Shown piece by piece: positions 40,801-50,500 of a stretch of DNA of 64,000 nt (position 1 is the first letter of the stretch; the number at the start of each line of letters is the position of its first letter). Location: positions 2,181,680 through 2,245,679 of the forward strand of contig OZ037767.1 in NCBI GenBank assembly GCA_964035545.1, in the 5' to 3' direction. Origin of the DNA: Bugula neritina (lineage: Eukaryota > Animalia > Bryozoa). A model generated the notes under the pieces. The model was not told the DNA's origin. It saw only the letters and a program-made list of their open reading frames with translations, and made no database searches. The position numbers and the translations under genes are program-made.

Positions 40801-43800
40801 CCTCTACGGTGATGTGTTCGGACAAAACACGGGGGCAGAGGTTGAACCTGTAAGTTGCTTAGACTTCAATATGATTATTAGCTTATTGCAACACGGAATT
40901 TAGATTTACCACTAGTTTATTTGCTGCAACTTGTACAAGTCTTAGGTGAAAGGAATGTATCCTACACAGGTTATAGTATGTAGTTACAGTACTGAGTAGT
41001 TATTCTGTCACACAGTACTGAGTAGTTATTGTGTCACACACAATACTGAGTAGTTATTGTGTCACACGGTACTGAGTAGTTACTCTGTCACACAGTACTG
41101 AGTAGTTATTGTGTCACACACAATACTGAGTAGTTATTGTGTCACACGGTACTGAGTAGTTACTCTGTCACACAGTACTGAGTAGTTACTCTGTCACACA
41201 ATACTGAGTAGTTATTGTGTCACACGGTACTGAGTAGTTACTCTGTCACACAGTACTGAGTAGTTACTCTGTCACACACAGTACTGAGTAGCTACTCTGT
41301 CACACAGTACTGAGTAGTTACTCTGTCACACAGTACTGAGTAGTTATTCTGTCACACAGTACTGAGTAGTTATTCTGTCACACACAGTACTGAGTAGTTA
41401 CTCTGTCACACAGTACTGAGTAGTTACTCTGTCACACAGTACTGAGTAGTTACTCTGTCACACACAGTACTGAGTAGTTACTCTGTCACACACAGTACTG
41501 AGTAGTTACTCTGTCACACAGTACTGAGTAGTTACTCTGTCACACACAGTACTGAGTAGTTACTCTGTCACACAGTACTGAGTAGTTACTCTGTCACACA
41601 GTACTCAGTAGTTACTCTGTCACACACAGTACTGAGTAGTTACTCTGTCACACAGTACTGAGTAGTTACTCTGTCACACACAGTACTGAGTAGTTACTCT
41701 GTCACACAGTACTGAGTAGTTACTCTGTCACACACAGTACTGAGTAGTTACTCTATCACACAGTACTGAGTAGTTACTCTGTCACACAGTACTGAGTAGT
41801 TACTCTGTCACACAGTACTGAGTAGTTACTCTGTCACACACAGTACTGAGTAGTTACTCTGTCACACACAGTACTGAGTAGTTACTCTGTCACACAGTAC
41901 TGAGTAGTTATTCTGTCACACAGTACTGAGTAGTTACTCTGTCACACAGTACTGAGTAGTTACTCTGTCACACAGTACTGAGTAGTTACTCTGTCACACA
42001 GTACTGAGTAGTTACTCTATCACACAGTACTGAGTAGTTACTCTGTCACACAGTACTGAGTAGTTACTCTGTCACACAGTACTGAGTAGTTACTCTGTCA
42101 CACAGTACTGAGTAGTTACTCTGTCACACAGTACTGAGTAGTTACTCTGTCACACACAGTACTGAGTAGTTATTCTGTCACACAGTACTGAGTAGCTACT
42201 CTGTCACACAGTACTGAGTCGTTACTCTGTCACACACAGTACTGAGTAGTTACTCTGTCACACAGTACTGAGTAGTTACTCTGTCACACAGTACTGAGTA
42301 GTTACTCTGTCACACAGTACTGAGTAGTTACTCTGTCACACACAGTACAGAGTAGTTACTCTGTCACACAGTTTTGAGTAGTTACTCTGTCACACACAGT
42401 ACTGAGTAGTTACTCTGTCACACAGTACTGAGTAGTTACTCTGTCACGCAGAGCACGGAAGACACGCTGGACAAGACTCACTGGGGAGAAATGGAGTCGG
42501 AGTCAGAAGAAGAGTCTGAGAGTGAATCGGAGGAGGAGAGAGACGAGGAGGAGATGGCAGCGGGTGAGTCTGTGGCAGTAGAGTAGTACTGACAGTAGAG
42601 TAGTACTGACAGTAGAGTTGTACTGAGAGTAGAGTAGTACTGACAGTAGAGTAGTACTGACAGTAGAGTAGTACTGACAGTAGAGTAGCACTGACAGTAG
42701 AGTAGCACTGGCAGTAGAGTAGTACTGACAGTAGAGTAGCACTGGCAGTAGAGTAGCACTGACAGTAGAGTAGTACTGACAGTAGAGTTGTACTGAGAGT
42801 AGAGTAGTACTGACAGTAGAGTAGTACTGACAGTAGAGTAGTACTGACAGTAGAGTAGTACTGACAGTAGAGTAGTACTGACAGTAGAGTTGTACTGACA
42901 GTAGAGTAGTACTGACAGTAGAGTAGTACTGAGAGTAGAGTAGTACTGACAGTAGAGTAGTACTGACAGTAGAGTTGTACTGAGAGTAGAGTAGTACTGA
43001 CAGTAGAGTAGTACTGACAGTAGAGTAGTACTGAGAGTAGAGTAGTACTGACAGTAGAGTAGCACTGGCAGTAGAGTAGCACTGACAGTAGAGTAGTACT
43101 GACAGTAGAGTTGTACTGAGAGTAGAGTAGTACTGACAGTAGAGTAGTACTGACAGTAGAGTAGTACTGACAGTAGAGTAGTACTGACAGTAGAGTTGTA
43201 CTGAGAGTAGAGTAGTACTGACAGTAGAGTAGTACTGACAGTAGAGTAGTACTGAGAGTAGAGTAGTACTGACAGTAGAGTAGTACTGACAGTAGAGTAG
43301 CCCTGAGAATAGAGTAGTACTGACAGTAGAGTAGTACTGACAGTAGAGTAGTACTGACAGTCGAGTAGTACTGACAGTAGAGTAGCACTGACAGTAGAGT
43401 AGCACTGACAGTAGAGTAGCACTGACAGTAGAGTAGTACTGGGAGTAGAGTAGTACTGACAGTAATAGTACTCTGTACAAAGTGTAAACTTTAAACTTAT
43501 TATTAACGGTATTTATATTATAAAGTATATACGCTATATTGTAATAATATTAACAATGCGCAGGTCTCATCACACCGGCCGAAGCTGGTCTGATAACTCC
43601 AAGTGGTCTCACCAGTATTCCTGCCGGAATGGAGACTCCCGACGCAATAGAATTGAGGAAGAAAATAGAAGATTCCATGGAATCTGGTGGTGGAGATACG
43701 CCTGCGTTATACCAGGTAACTGAGTGTGCTAGCTACAACTCTCACTACATGGTGAAGTCATCTGCTGTGTATTCAATACGATGTGGTCACTATCCAGTGG

Positions 43801-44998
43801 GTAGTGTTTAGTGTTGTATATGTCTTCTCTGGTTGCTTCAGGTTCTACCAGAGAAGAGGGCGACAGTTGGGGCGGCCATGATGGGCTCCGCGCACACTTA
43901 TGATGTTGGTGCAGCAAAGAAAGTGACAGCCGAAGGAGTTGAGGTATGCTGAGTAATTGTAAATACACAAGCAACTATGAGTAGACGTTGTAGTGTCAGA
44001 GGTGTGGATTATGAGTACTACACTGCTAGTCAGTTCAATACAGTATGGGAGTAGCGGCTAATTTGTCTTGTTTTCTAAGAATTCACACTTCAGTATCTCA
44101 GGATTCAGTCAATTGACAGGTTTTTACATTGCAAGGTAACATGTTTTTCGTGTTATGAAGTTGGTTCTCCTTTAAGAAATGTATCACATGGACTAATATA
44201 AGCTCTAACACTATTTGATGGTGTTTTTTTCAAGTTGAATTGCTTAGCAAACAAATTTTAGTTCAAGTTTCCAGTCATTTTGGATCTCTTTGATTTGTGA
44301 ACAACAGAGAAACAAGGCGTTACTATATAAGTTTTGTTGGCTGTGTGTGCAGGTGACCTTGAACCCTGATGAGTTGGACATGGATACCGTTGCCATGCAA
44401 GCCAAGTATGATCAGACGATGAAACAGCAGCAGGCGAACGATCCCAGGGAGGATTTCTCGGACATGGTGGCTGAACACTCGGCCAAAGCTGCCAAGGTTG
44501 GTCACTTCTTATTACAGATTGTTGGATATTTGTTTTATAGATACTTTATCATATAATTCATGATATACCAAGGTTCAATTAGGTATATATGAAGGCAGTT
44601 TCCATTGATAAGGAAACAAATTTTATTATAAGCTTTAAATTTAAATGTTAAGTTAATGCCGATTCAAATTTTTCTTCTTTTCCTTTTGTCTTGAGCAGAT
44701 ATTACGTAAAGGAACATTCATTAGTGATACACAATGATAGTAATTGTCAATTAATTTTTGTACAATGGTTTAGTTTTTCATCTTTAGAATGACTAAAGTT
44801 TTAATGAATAAAATTCAAATTTGAGGATCGAGTTTTAAGATGTTTTGTGAATGCTTGTTGTTGTGTAAAAATGTTGAGCTGTTTAAACGTTGAGGTAATG
44901 TACTTGTTTACATCAACCTTCAACTTCTCTTGTAGAAGAGGAAGAAACAGCAGACCTCTGACAGAGCAAGCAAGAAACACAAAGATTTCAAATTCTAG
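28818..44998 (+). CDS. SF3B2: Splicing factor 3B subunit 2 (SAP145), 18 coding exons, about 1090 aa
   Basis: Exons 28818-28911, 34372-34427, 34740-35225, 35332-35493, 35607-36065, 36479-36643, 37661-37813, 38185-38529, 39158-39343, 39646-39777, 40107-40256, 40434-40656, 40761-40849, 42452-42563, 43564-43715, 43842-43943, 44353-44496, 44936-44998, all in phase. N-terminal SAP domain (LRVVDLRKEL...GKKDELVQRL), VPRHWCNKRKYLQGKRG, REKVRPKMGKIDIDYQKLHDAFF, PSP domain PPPWLIAMQRYGPPPSYPNLKIPGLNAPIP, C-terminal KKHKDFKF. Confidence 0.96.
29429..29573 (-). repeat. 3' LTR (145 bp)
   Basis: Identical to the 5' LTR; directly preceded on the element strand by the polypurine tract. Confidence 0.97.
29574..29584 (-). 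other. Polypurine tract AGAAAGGGGGA
   Basis: All-purine run on the element strand immediately before the 3' LTR. Confidence 0.92.
29748..33800 (-). CDS. Gag-Pol polyprotein (1350 aa, single frame)
   Basis: Two zinc knuckles (CKRCGREPHSKAEC, CRKCKKVGHFQRQC), protease LDTGA, RT (LPFG, HMDD), RNase H (TDAS, ETDHKPL), integrase HHCC plus catalytic core (ISDNGPQF, NGEAER). Confidence 0.97.
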   Translation of the reverse strand: MGDEEVQQQIIVHRNAPRIEPPGEIVLNCEREQNFRRFKSRWQSFYILSRLSEESDEYQRALLLYTIGDDACRVVESSHKYQNDKSLAAIIDILEQYCVGERNIVHERYKFNTRCQLQGENFDAFYSELRALADKCGFNYRPATDEAPAPFNEMLRDRIVLGIRDDSLRKKLISQGNTLTLDQAVRICRSSEVTSTVMQSVTKGASSGSVDAISKAQSSYPKYKQSKPSNTRKQGGAVQLPVNSQMYKPTNSQDSCKRCGREPHSKAECPAKDAQCRKCKKVGHFQRQCRSRSIQEVTEASNDDGIMFTGEFKIENLTVDAWKAEVAVNGNCTTFKLDTGADGTVVSDKLPWLSTISLQTTGVRLYGPGGKQLQVLGTFEADLQYKSQKYKETAYVIQNQSTSLLSRTACEKLGLITCQVKQQGEITKDIHTDFSKLFKGLGALKGYSYRISLIPDYQPTCIYTPRKIPIPLRDKTKKKLDEMAQQGVISPVTEATEWCSGMVPVLKPSGDVRVCVDLTGLNKAVRREIYPMPAVDESIGLLGASKIFSKLDANSGFWQIHLDKESRKLTTFLTPFGRFCFNRLPFGISSAPEIFSRAMCRLLGDIENVICHMDDILVHGKDAESHDKTLKLVLSRLEEAGLTLNEDKCEIGQAQVKFLGHIIDAKGVSPDPDKVASIRDFPAPTCKTELRRLNGMLNQLAKFIPHLSEITAPMRELLKESKAWTWNQPQEEAFQKVKQTLMSAQVIAHYDPKLKTIVATDASNTGLGAAMFQIQKDGTRRPVYYASRSLTSVEQNYAAIEKEALAMAWACNKLDQFLRGLPFTLETDHKPLVRLMGVKDLDQVPARILRLRLRLMRYAPKIEYIPGSRNHVADALSRAPSGIPSRIDVMLVEELEASTSIIPSIDPMIEEIKEAQQLDAVCQEVQNLIIKGWPTYKTDAHTAVHPYWDVKGHLTQSKGLLLYDQRLVIPSNLRLKLLDRIHQAHQGIVKCQARARRAIWWPGMSKQIKEMVQGCRQCRINSPTPVEPLQPSTLPSKPWIKLGADLFEFQKKNYLLVVDYHSRYIEVRRLDSLSSAFTVDKVKSIFSTHGIPEVFISDNGPQFSSREFQEFAKSYGFQHVTSSPKYPKANGEAERAVGTVKRLWSKTTDPYLSLLTYRATPLENGFTPSELLMNRLLRTTLPSMPETRVVHKPPNIAEKEQHINLRTMNNYNQRHKATLLPELSQGSPVYVRDTKKQGTVLASVAPHSYTVKTETGVIRRNRSALVDLREEDPAVLEPNAPPPVPMGAEVLGPKANKKANPSGTQAPGTLVAEGSGTSLAHTASPTVPGRFCALSRERRLPRRFDDYVMN
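33813..33824 (-). other. Primer binding site TGGTGGCAGCAG (tRNA-Leu-like)
   Basis: Abuts the 5' LTR, starts with TGG and is complementary to a ...GCUGCCACCA tRNA 3' end typical of Leu tRNAs. Confidence 0.8.
33825..33969 (-). repeat. 5' LTR (145 bp)
   Basis: Identical by inspection to 29429-29573; TG...CA termini; contains AATAAA on the element strand. Confidence 0.97.
34802..35120 (+). repeat. Coding 24-bp minisatellite, about 13 copies, encoding (ERLAAEEK/R)n in SF3B2 exon 3
   Basis: Unit gaaaggttagctgcagaagaaaag with variants, in frame. Confidence 0.95.
37450..37669 (+). repeat. 35-bp minisatellite (6 units) spanning the SF3B2 exon 7 acceptor
   Basis: Unit gtaggtgtgttcagtctacgtgtactactgtgtag; AGs end at 37480, 37515, 37550, 37585, 37625, 37660. 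Confidence 0.95.
38886..39157 (+). repeat. 34-bp minisatellite (8 units) ending at the SF3B2 exon 9 acceptor
   Basis: Unit cctgtgttactyagtgttggtgtctgttgtgtag; the last AG (39157) is the in-frame acceptor. Confidence 0.95.
39356..39505 (+). repeat. Degenerate 21-26-bp tandem repeat just after the SF3B2 exon 9 donor
   Basis: ctctagtctacagttctgagtcatac-like units. Confidence 0.8.
40987..42451 (+). repeat. 26/28-bp minisatellite (about 55 units) ending at the SF3B2 exon 14 acceptor
   Basis: Unit cagtactgagtagttactctgtcaca(ca); the terminal variant ...ctctgtcacgcag supplies the acceptor. Confidence 0.96.
42576..43464 (+). repeat. 17-bp minisatellite (about 52 units) starting 12 nt after the SF3B2 exon 14 donor
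   Basis: Unit cagtagagtagtactga; it accounts for the spurious 314-325 aa minus-strand ORFs. Confidence 0.96.
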
Positions 44999-45129
44999 TT
45001 GCCATTCGATCAGCGAACTGTATATAGTTTTGATAACATGAATCACCTTGTCTGTTCTCTTCACTTTACTAGTTTCATGTAAAAAAGCATATTTTACTCA
45101 TTTTTGTACCTGCTAACTTACAAATTGTA

Positions 45130-45135
45130 AATAAA
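45130..45135 (+). terminator. Candidate polyadenylation signal of SF3B2
   Basis: AATAAA about 130 nt after the stop. Confidence 0.6.
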
Positions 45136-45404
45136 AATATTATGAATAATCACATATATGTAGAATATTTAGTGTTGGTCTTCCAAAGTTGTATTAGAAA
45201 GCTTGGTGTTGGAAGATGAAGAATAGTGTGATATGATGACCAATCAACTGTTGCCTGTTCGCTTTACGGTCACCAATGTGTTACCAGCACTACAGTCCTC
45301 GGGGTGGTGATGGTTGCGGATAATAATGCTTTAATATCAATTGGTATTGCTTTATCAATTAGTAATGCTATTACAACATGTAACAGTAATATGAAATTAA
45401 CAGG

Positions 45405-45410
45405 TTTATT
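45405..45410 (-). terminator. Candidate polyadenylation signal of cyclin K
   Basis: AATAAA on the minus strand about 40 nt after the stop at 45452. Confidence 0.5.
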
Positions 45411-45451
45411 CTGTACAAACTAGAGTTTAAAAAAGTTGTTGAAATACAATG

Positions 45452-48400
45452 TCATTGATTATTAGTTAGCACTTTGAGAGAGGATTCCCTTCTACGGGCA
45501 GCTGGTTGCGGATAGTGAGGCATATGCGGAGGAGGTGGATATCCAGGTTGGTATGGTACGCCAGGTCTGGGAGCTTGACTGTAATACCTACAGAATATTA
45601 AGGACTTGACTGTAATACCTACAGAATATGAAGGACTTGAATGTAATGGCTACGGAACATCATGAGTTTGACTGTAATCAACCAATAATATTCAGCTCTC
45701 TTTCTGTGACCTAGTATCTACTACTTGTGAACAGCTATAAATGTAACCCAAGTTAACTGTGACCACCCTTCAACACAGATCTGTATCAGACAGTCACTAT
45801 CCAATACGGTGATCGTGCTAGTAGTTTGGTGAGTTGTGCCTACAGTATACGCCATACTTACAGTGACGGATGCACAGGGGCTGTCGGAGGAGGCTGGCTG
45901 TAATAGTGGGCTGGCGGATGAGGTGGCGGCGGATAGGCCCCGGGAGGCGCAGCTTGTGCTGATGTCACTGATATTTGAGGAGGTGGAGCAGCATACATAG
46001 GGGCGTAGCCAGGGGGAGGGGCTCCATATGGGGGTAAAGATGGTGCACTGGTAGGGAGACCAGGTGGAGGGGGTTGTGACTGCAAGTAGTGAAACATTAT
46101 GTTTAAATTATTATTACAATTAGTTTCATTGTCAGCATAATTTTGAAGAATTTTGCTACAATTAATGCACTAAATACAAAAATCCTGGTTACGAGAGAGA
46201 ATAACTCCTCACACGACAAGGAAAGGCCATAAGTTTTAGAAAAATTTTGAAATATTTGTAATACAAGTACACATAACACAAGTATATATAACATAAGTAC
46301 ATATAACACAAGTACACATAACACAAGTACATATAACTGGAGTACCTGAGGAGGATATGCAGGTGGTTGGTGGTAGGTTGGTGCAGGTGCAACTGGAGGG
46401 TAGGTGGCAGTTTGACTAGCAGGTATAGGTGCTGCTGCAGTTGGTTGTACTGTCTGAGGTTGTGACACGATGGGGTCAGTTCTTGCCACCTTGCTGGCAG
46501 GCTGAGCAGGAGCACCTGCGACATGTTGACACTTGATAGCAAGAACTAACAGGTGGTGTCACACACCATATGACTAGATAGCTTTATAATATAGTCAGTA
46601 TAAATATAAACTGACTGATGAAAAGTTGACCAATGGTCAAACTTTTAAAGTCAAACAATACAAGTGTAACATTCACTTACTATTTGCTTAATATGTCATG
46701 TGTAGATACTATACTAACCATGTAATAGTATACTACATTGTTTACTATACTATAATATAATATATACTACAAAATAATATACTATAATATACCACACTAT
46801 ACTAACTACTGCGCTATACTAAACTATGAAACTATAATATCATATACATACTAAATACATTCAGCATGTTAACCAACACGTTATGTTATGTTATGTTATG
46901 TTATGCTGCCACAACTTACTGCTGCTGTCTGAAGCTGTTCGTTTATTTGACTCGGCAGCTGCTGCCTTACTAGTGTTCGTGGATGATGATGAGGACTTGG
47001 CCTGCTGACCTGGGGCAGCATTAGAATAGAAGTCCAGCACTTGATGACATATAGCTGCAACAAACAACCACCTACTAATAAACATGGTTTCAGTGAAGAC
47101 AAGGTCAAAACCACTTACTATGTACGTTGTATATCTTAATGTCAGTTGATAACATAAAATTCATACATGATGTCAGGCAGCATAGCAAAACTGTTGAGAA
47201 TACAAAGATAATTTTTAGTAGTACTCGGCAAGGCTTTGGACTGTGTACCACAGAAGATCTAAAGCTAAAACCGTAGACCACACATATAGCCTTAGAATGA
47301 CAAGATGCTAGTAAATAGACTCGCTATTTGTGAGTAACACCAGATATACGTACACTCTAGTAATTCCATTGACACATCTGCCACAAACTGGTCCCACCAT
47401 TTCCCTTTATGACCTTCAGGTTTGCCCGTCCAGTCTGTGATCTCGTACTTTGATATCCGACACGACAAGTCCATCAGCGAAATAGCAATAATCTCGGGTT
47501 CCCATTGCAAACACAATGTGGTACACAAGCTATCGTTTATAAAAGTCCAACCCATTTGTACAACTTTCTCAATTCGAGCTCGATCTCCGATAAATGATTT
47601 GGCGTATTTCAACATGAACTTGTATGGGTGGTCGACTTGAAGGTCAAATTTTATAGTTTTGAGGATAATTCTCTCTAACGTCATCAGAGATTCCTGAAAG
47701 TGGAGTTTACTAGCAGTTTTACAGTAAGCACAACATTGCTAGTTGAAACTAGCACTCTGTACTAACTACTAACACTCTGTACTAACTACTAACACTCTGT
47801 ACTAACTACTAACACTCTGTACTAACTACTAACACTCTGTACTAACTACTAACACTCTGTACTAACTACTAACACTCTGTACTAACTACTAACACTCTGT
47901 ACTAACTACTAACACTCTGTACTAACTACTAACACTCTGTACTAACTACTAACACTCTGTACTAACTACTAACACTTTATTTGCAAAATTTTCTTATAAC
48001 TATTTATAGAATCTTTACTAAATTTAATAATTACAAATAGACTTTAGCAAAAATGTGTTTAATGGACTCAAACTTTCTCTGATGAACTGCTTTTAAAACA
48101 TGCAGTCAGGAGATAAAGCAAGAATGAACCAAGCTCTACTAAACTGAGAGTAGATTCATAGATTCAATCATTTCAAGCCAGGGAATGGGGGTAAAACTAA
48201 GAAATACCAACTTTAGGATCATCCCCAAACACTGTGGCCATGGCCTGGTCTGTAATGAGTCCACTAAGTGATATTTGTTTGAACAGATCACGGGCTTTCT
48301 TTGGCGTCTCCTCCACTTTACCAGCCAGAAACAAACAAGCTGAAGCTATTGCCTGGAGTGAAGTATGAAGAAGTAAAAGTAGATTACTCCATTTATTTGA

Positions 48401-49510
48401 ATAATTAAAATTACTTTTTAAATGTCAAGCATTCCCATATTGATACTACATTCACTGTTAACAATAGCTAAAACTCAACAGTAGGCAGTCACAATAGGAT
48501 TGTATGGCAACACATGGGGAAACAACCAGCTCTTTCGTATATATAATGTCCAGAGCATCTGTGTCAATTGATAAAATTAATGTATTTTTTAGAGAAACAA
48601 AGTTTTTAATCACCCAAAAGATTAAAAACACTACTTGTTCCTTATTGAAGAAATTGAAAACATAACATAAACATTCATTTGACAGCAATAAGTTATTTCA
48701 GAATGACCTAGAAACACAAAATCTCAAAAACATATGTTTGCATGTTCATTTTAAGTAAATCTCTAGAAAGCACAAATTTAAACATCAGGCTTGAAATATT
48801 TGCTAAAGCCAAAAATGTCTTAGAACTTTAATATCTAAAAGCTGCCAAGCCTCTAAGAATGCTGCAACATAGTTTCAAATTAGAATAATTTACTGCACAA
48901 ACAAATGTGTATTCAATCCCAACCATTTGTGAATCGCCCACTAAAATTTTGTTCAGATGTTTAAGACTAACAACCGAAGTAAGCCAGTAGCTGTTAAATT
49001 CAGAGAGTAGTTTATAAGAAGCATACTTACATATCGATGGAATTCTTTAAATGAGTGGTACATGTAGAAACGGTGGAAGTAGACTGTACCAGTGGCCAAA
49101 GTAACATACCGGCTGTGTTATATGTTAGGGATCAAACTAATGGCCAGTTCAATAGTTGTGCATAGTATTGTTAAAGCATCACAAAAATGTGACCGTATGT
49201 TTGACAACATTAGAATTTTAGCTACATTTAAACCATATCTTAAAAAATATAGCAAACAGTCTTTATCAGATGTCAGGTGGAAAAAACTACCATAAAACTA
49301 CGAGTTGTTGATTAACTTTTCAAAGAGCAGGAAATTACTTATAAGAAAAAAAATCAACTCGACAGAAGGATACAGTTTTAGCTGTTGACCAATAGTGCTG
49401 ATGAACTTAGCTCCTTCTGTTCTATATCTTGTTTCTGTTAGATTGTCTATGCCAGCTTTAAACGAAGGACTGTTCTTTATATCACTAACATCCCAATACC
49501 AGTCTTCCAT
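45452..49510 (-). CDS. CCNK: Cyclin K, 8 coding exons, about 452 aa
   Basis: Exons 49374-49510, 49031-49112, 48212-48352, 47354-47693, 46920-47054, 46346-46515, 45862-46079, 45452-45587. Motifs [68 protein letters not shown], and a Pro-rich tail. Confidence 0.95.
45574..45678 (-). repeat. 31-bp tandem duplication (2 near-perfect and about 1.5 decayed units) spanning the last cyclin K acceptor
   Basis: Plus-strand unit cttgactgtaatacctacagaatattaagga starting at 45574, 45605 and 45636. Confidence 0.88.
46262..46337. repeat. 15-bp tandem repeat (about 5 units) beside a cyclin K donor
   Basis: acacaagtacacata units. Confidence 0.85.
47753..47976. repeat. 20-bp perfect minisatellite (11 units) in a cyclin K intron
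   Basis: Unit aacactctgtactaactact, ending about 60 nt from the exon 4 acceptor. Confidence 0.96.
49113..49373 (-). other. U12-type (minor spliceosome) GT-AG intron in cyclin K
   Basis: Donor GTATCCTTCT; branch site TCCCTAAC (49124-49131) ending 11 nt before the 3' splice junction; no polypyrimidine tract; splicing restores the cyclin box in phase 2. Confidence 0.92.
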
Positions 49511-50119
49511 AGTAGTGTGACACCTAGAACACTAAATGAGCATCCTTATATTAGGTGATTAACATTTTGACCATTAGCAATTCTTAAAAATTCATTCATC
49601 TAGATCATTGCTTATGATAGGCTCAACTAAGTAATAATTATTCATTAAATCAACAATATAGCAAACATTTAGTTTTTAATCTAAACTTAAAAGTTTACCC
49701 ATGAAATAAATTCAGAAGTTTTTAATAAGTATAAGAATTACAAAAAAATTGTTTATTATTTTATGCCTACCGCAGTGCTGCCAACTCAAAATTTTAATAG
49801 CAGACGTACAAGTTGCTAGCTATTACTATTAGTATTAGTATTACTATTAGTATTATAACTTACATCTGCAAGTGTTGAACAACTCAATAATAGTTGGAAA
49901 TTTTAAAAATTGTAAGCTGTAAAGCTGATAATGTAGTTAAATAACTATGAATATCAATGAGTTGAAATTTGAATTAGAATATCAAATTCAATATCATTAA
50001 ATTTAGTCATTATCAATATCATCATGATGATCATCATCATGATCATCATAATGATTAACATTGACATTTAATAATCATTTACATTATCATTTATCCTAAT
50101 CATCAACTGAAAATAAAAA

Positions 50120-50500
50120 TGAAAGTAGTTTTTCTCTAAAATATCACTAAACCATATAAAATTTGACAAAAATAGTATCACTAATATAAAAATTTCAAAG
50201 AGCATTGGCAATCATTGTGATTATCATTATGAGTCTAGGAAGATATTACTAGTTGAAAAAAGTGAGCGCAGCGACTCAGTTATATAGCTTTATAATAATA
50301 AGTAATTTAGCTGTGGCTCGCTCAACAAACGAGCACAATCCAATGACATCGTAAATGAGGCGCTGATTTGCACATTCACCAGTAAACGATGTAGCTTATG
50401 CCACCCGAAAACTAATTGACAACTATTATGATCATGATGATTCTCGCTATTGCCGAATTCAGATGCACCAATACATATTCCATGTTTAGGACTGAAGCTG
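50120..50500. promoter_or_regulatory. Probable bidirectional promoter region between head-to-head cyclin K and Numb-like genes
   Basis: Both ATGs are closely preceded by splice acceptors, so each gene has an upstream 5' UTR exon; minus-strand donor gtaagt near 49863; the segment is locally CpG-richer. Exact TSSs cannot be seen. Confidence 0.45.

Noticed and set aside
40987-42451. CRISPR-like appearance of the regular arrays
   Set aside because: No unique spacers and no cas genes; the context is a eukaryotic intron.
42444-43480. Three long minus-strand ORFs (314-325 aa)
   Set aside because: They are translations of the stop-free 17-bp intronic minisatellite, antisense to SF3B2.
46612-46650. 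CTGATGA followed by a hairpin, considered as a hammerhead ribozyme (also 16667 and minus strand 37228)
   Set aside because: No correctly placed GAAA core or stems I/III.
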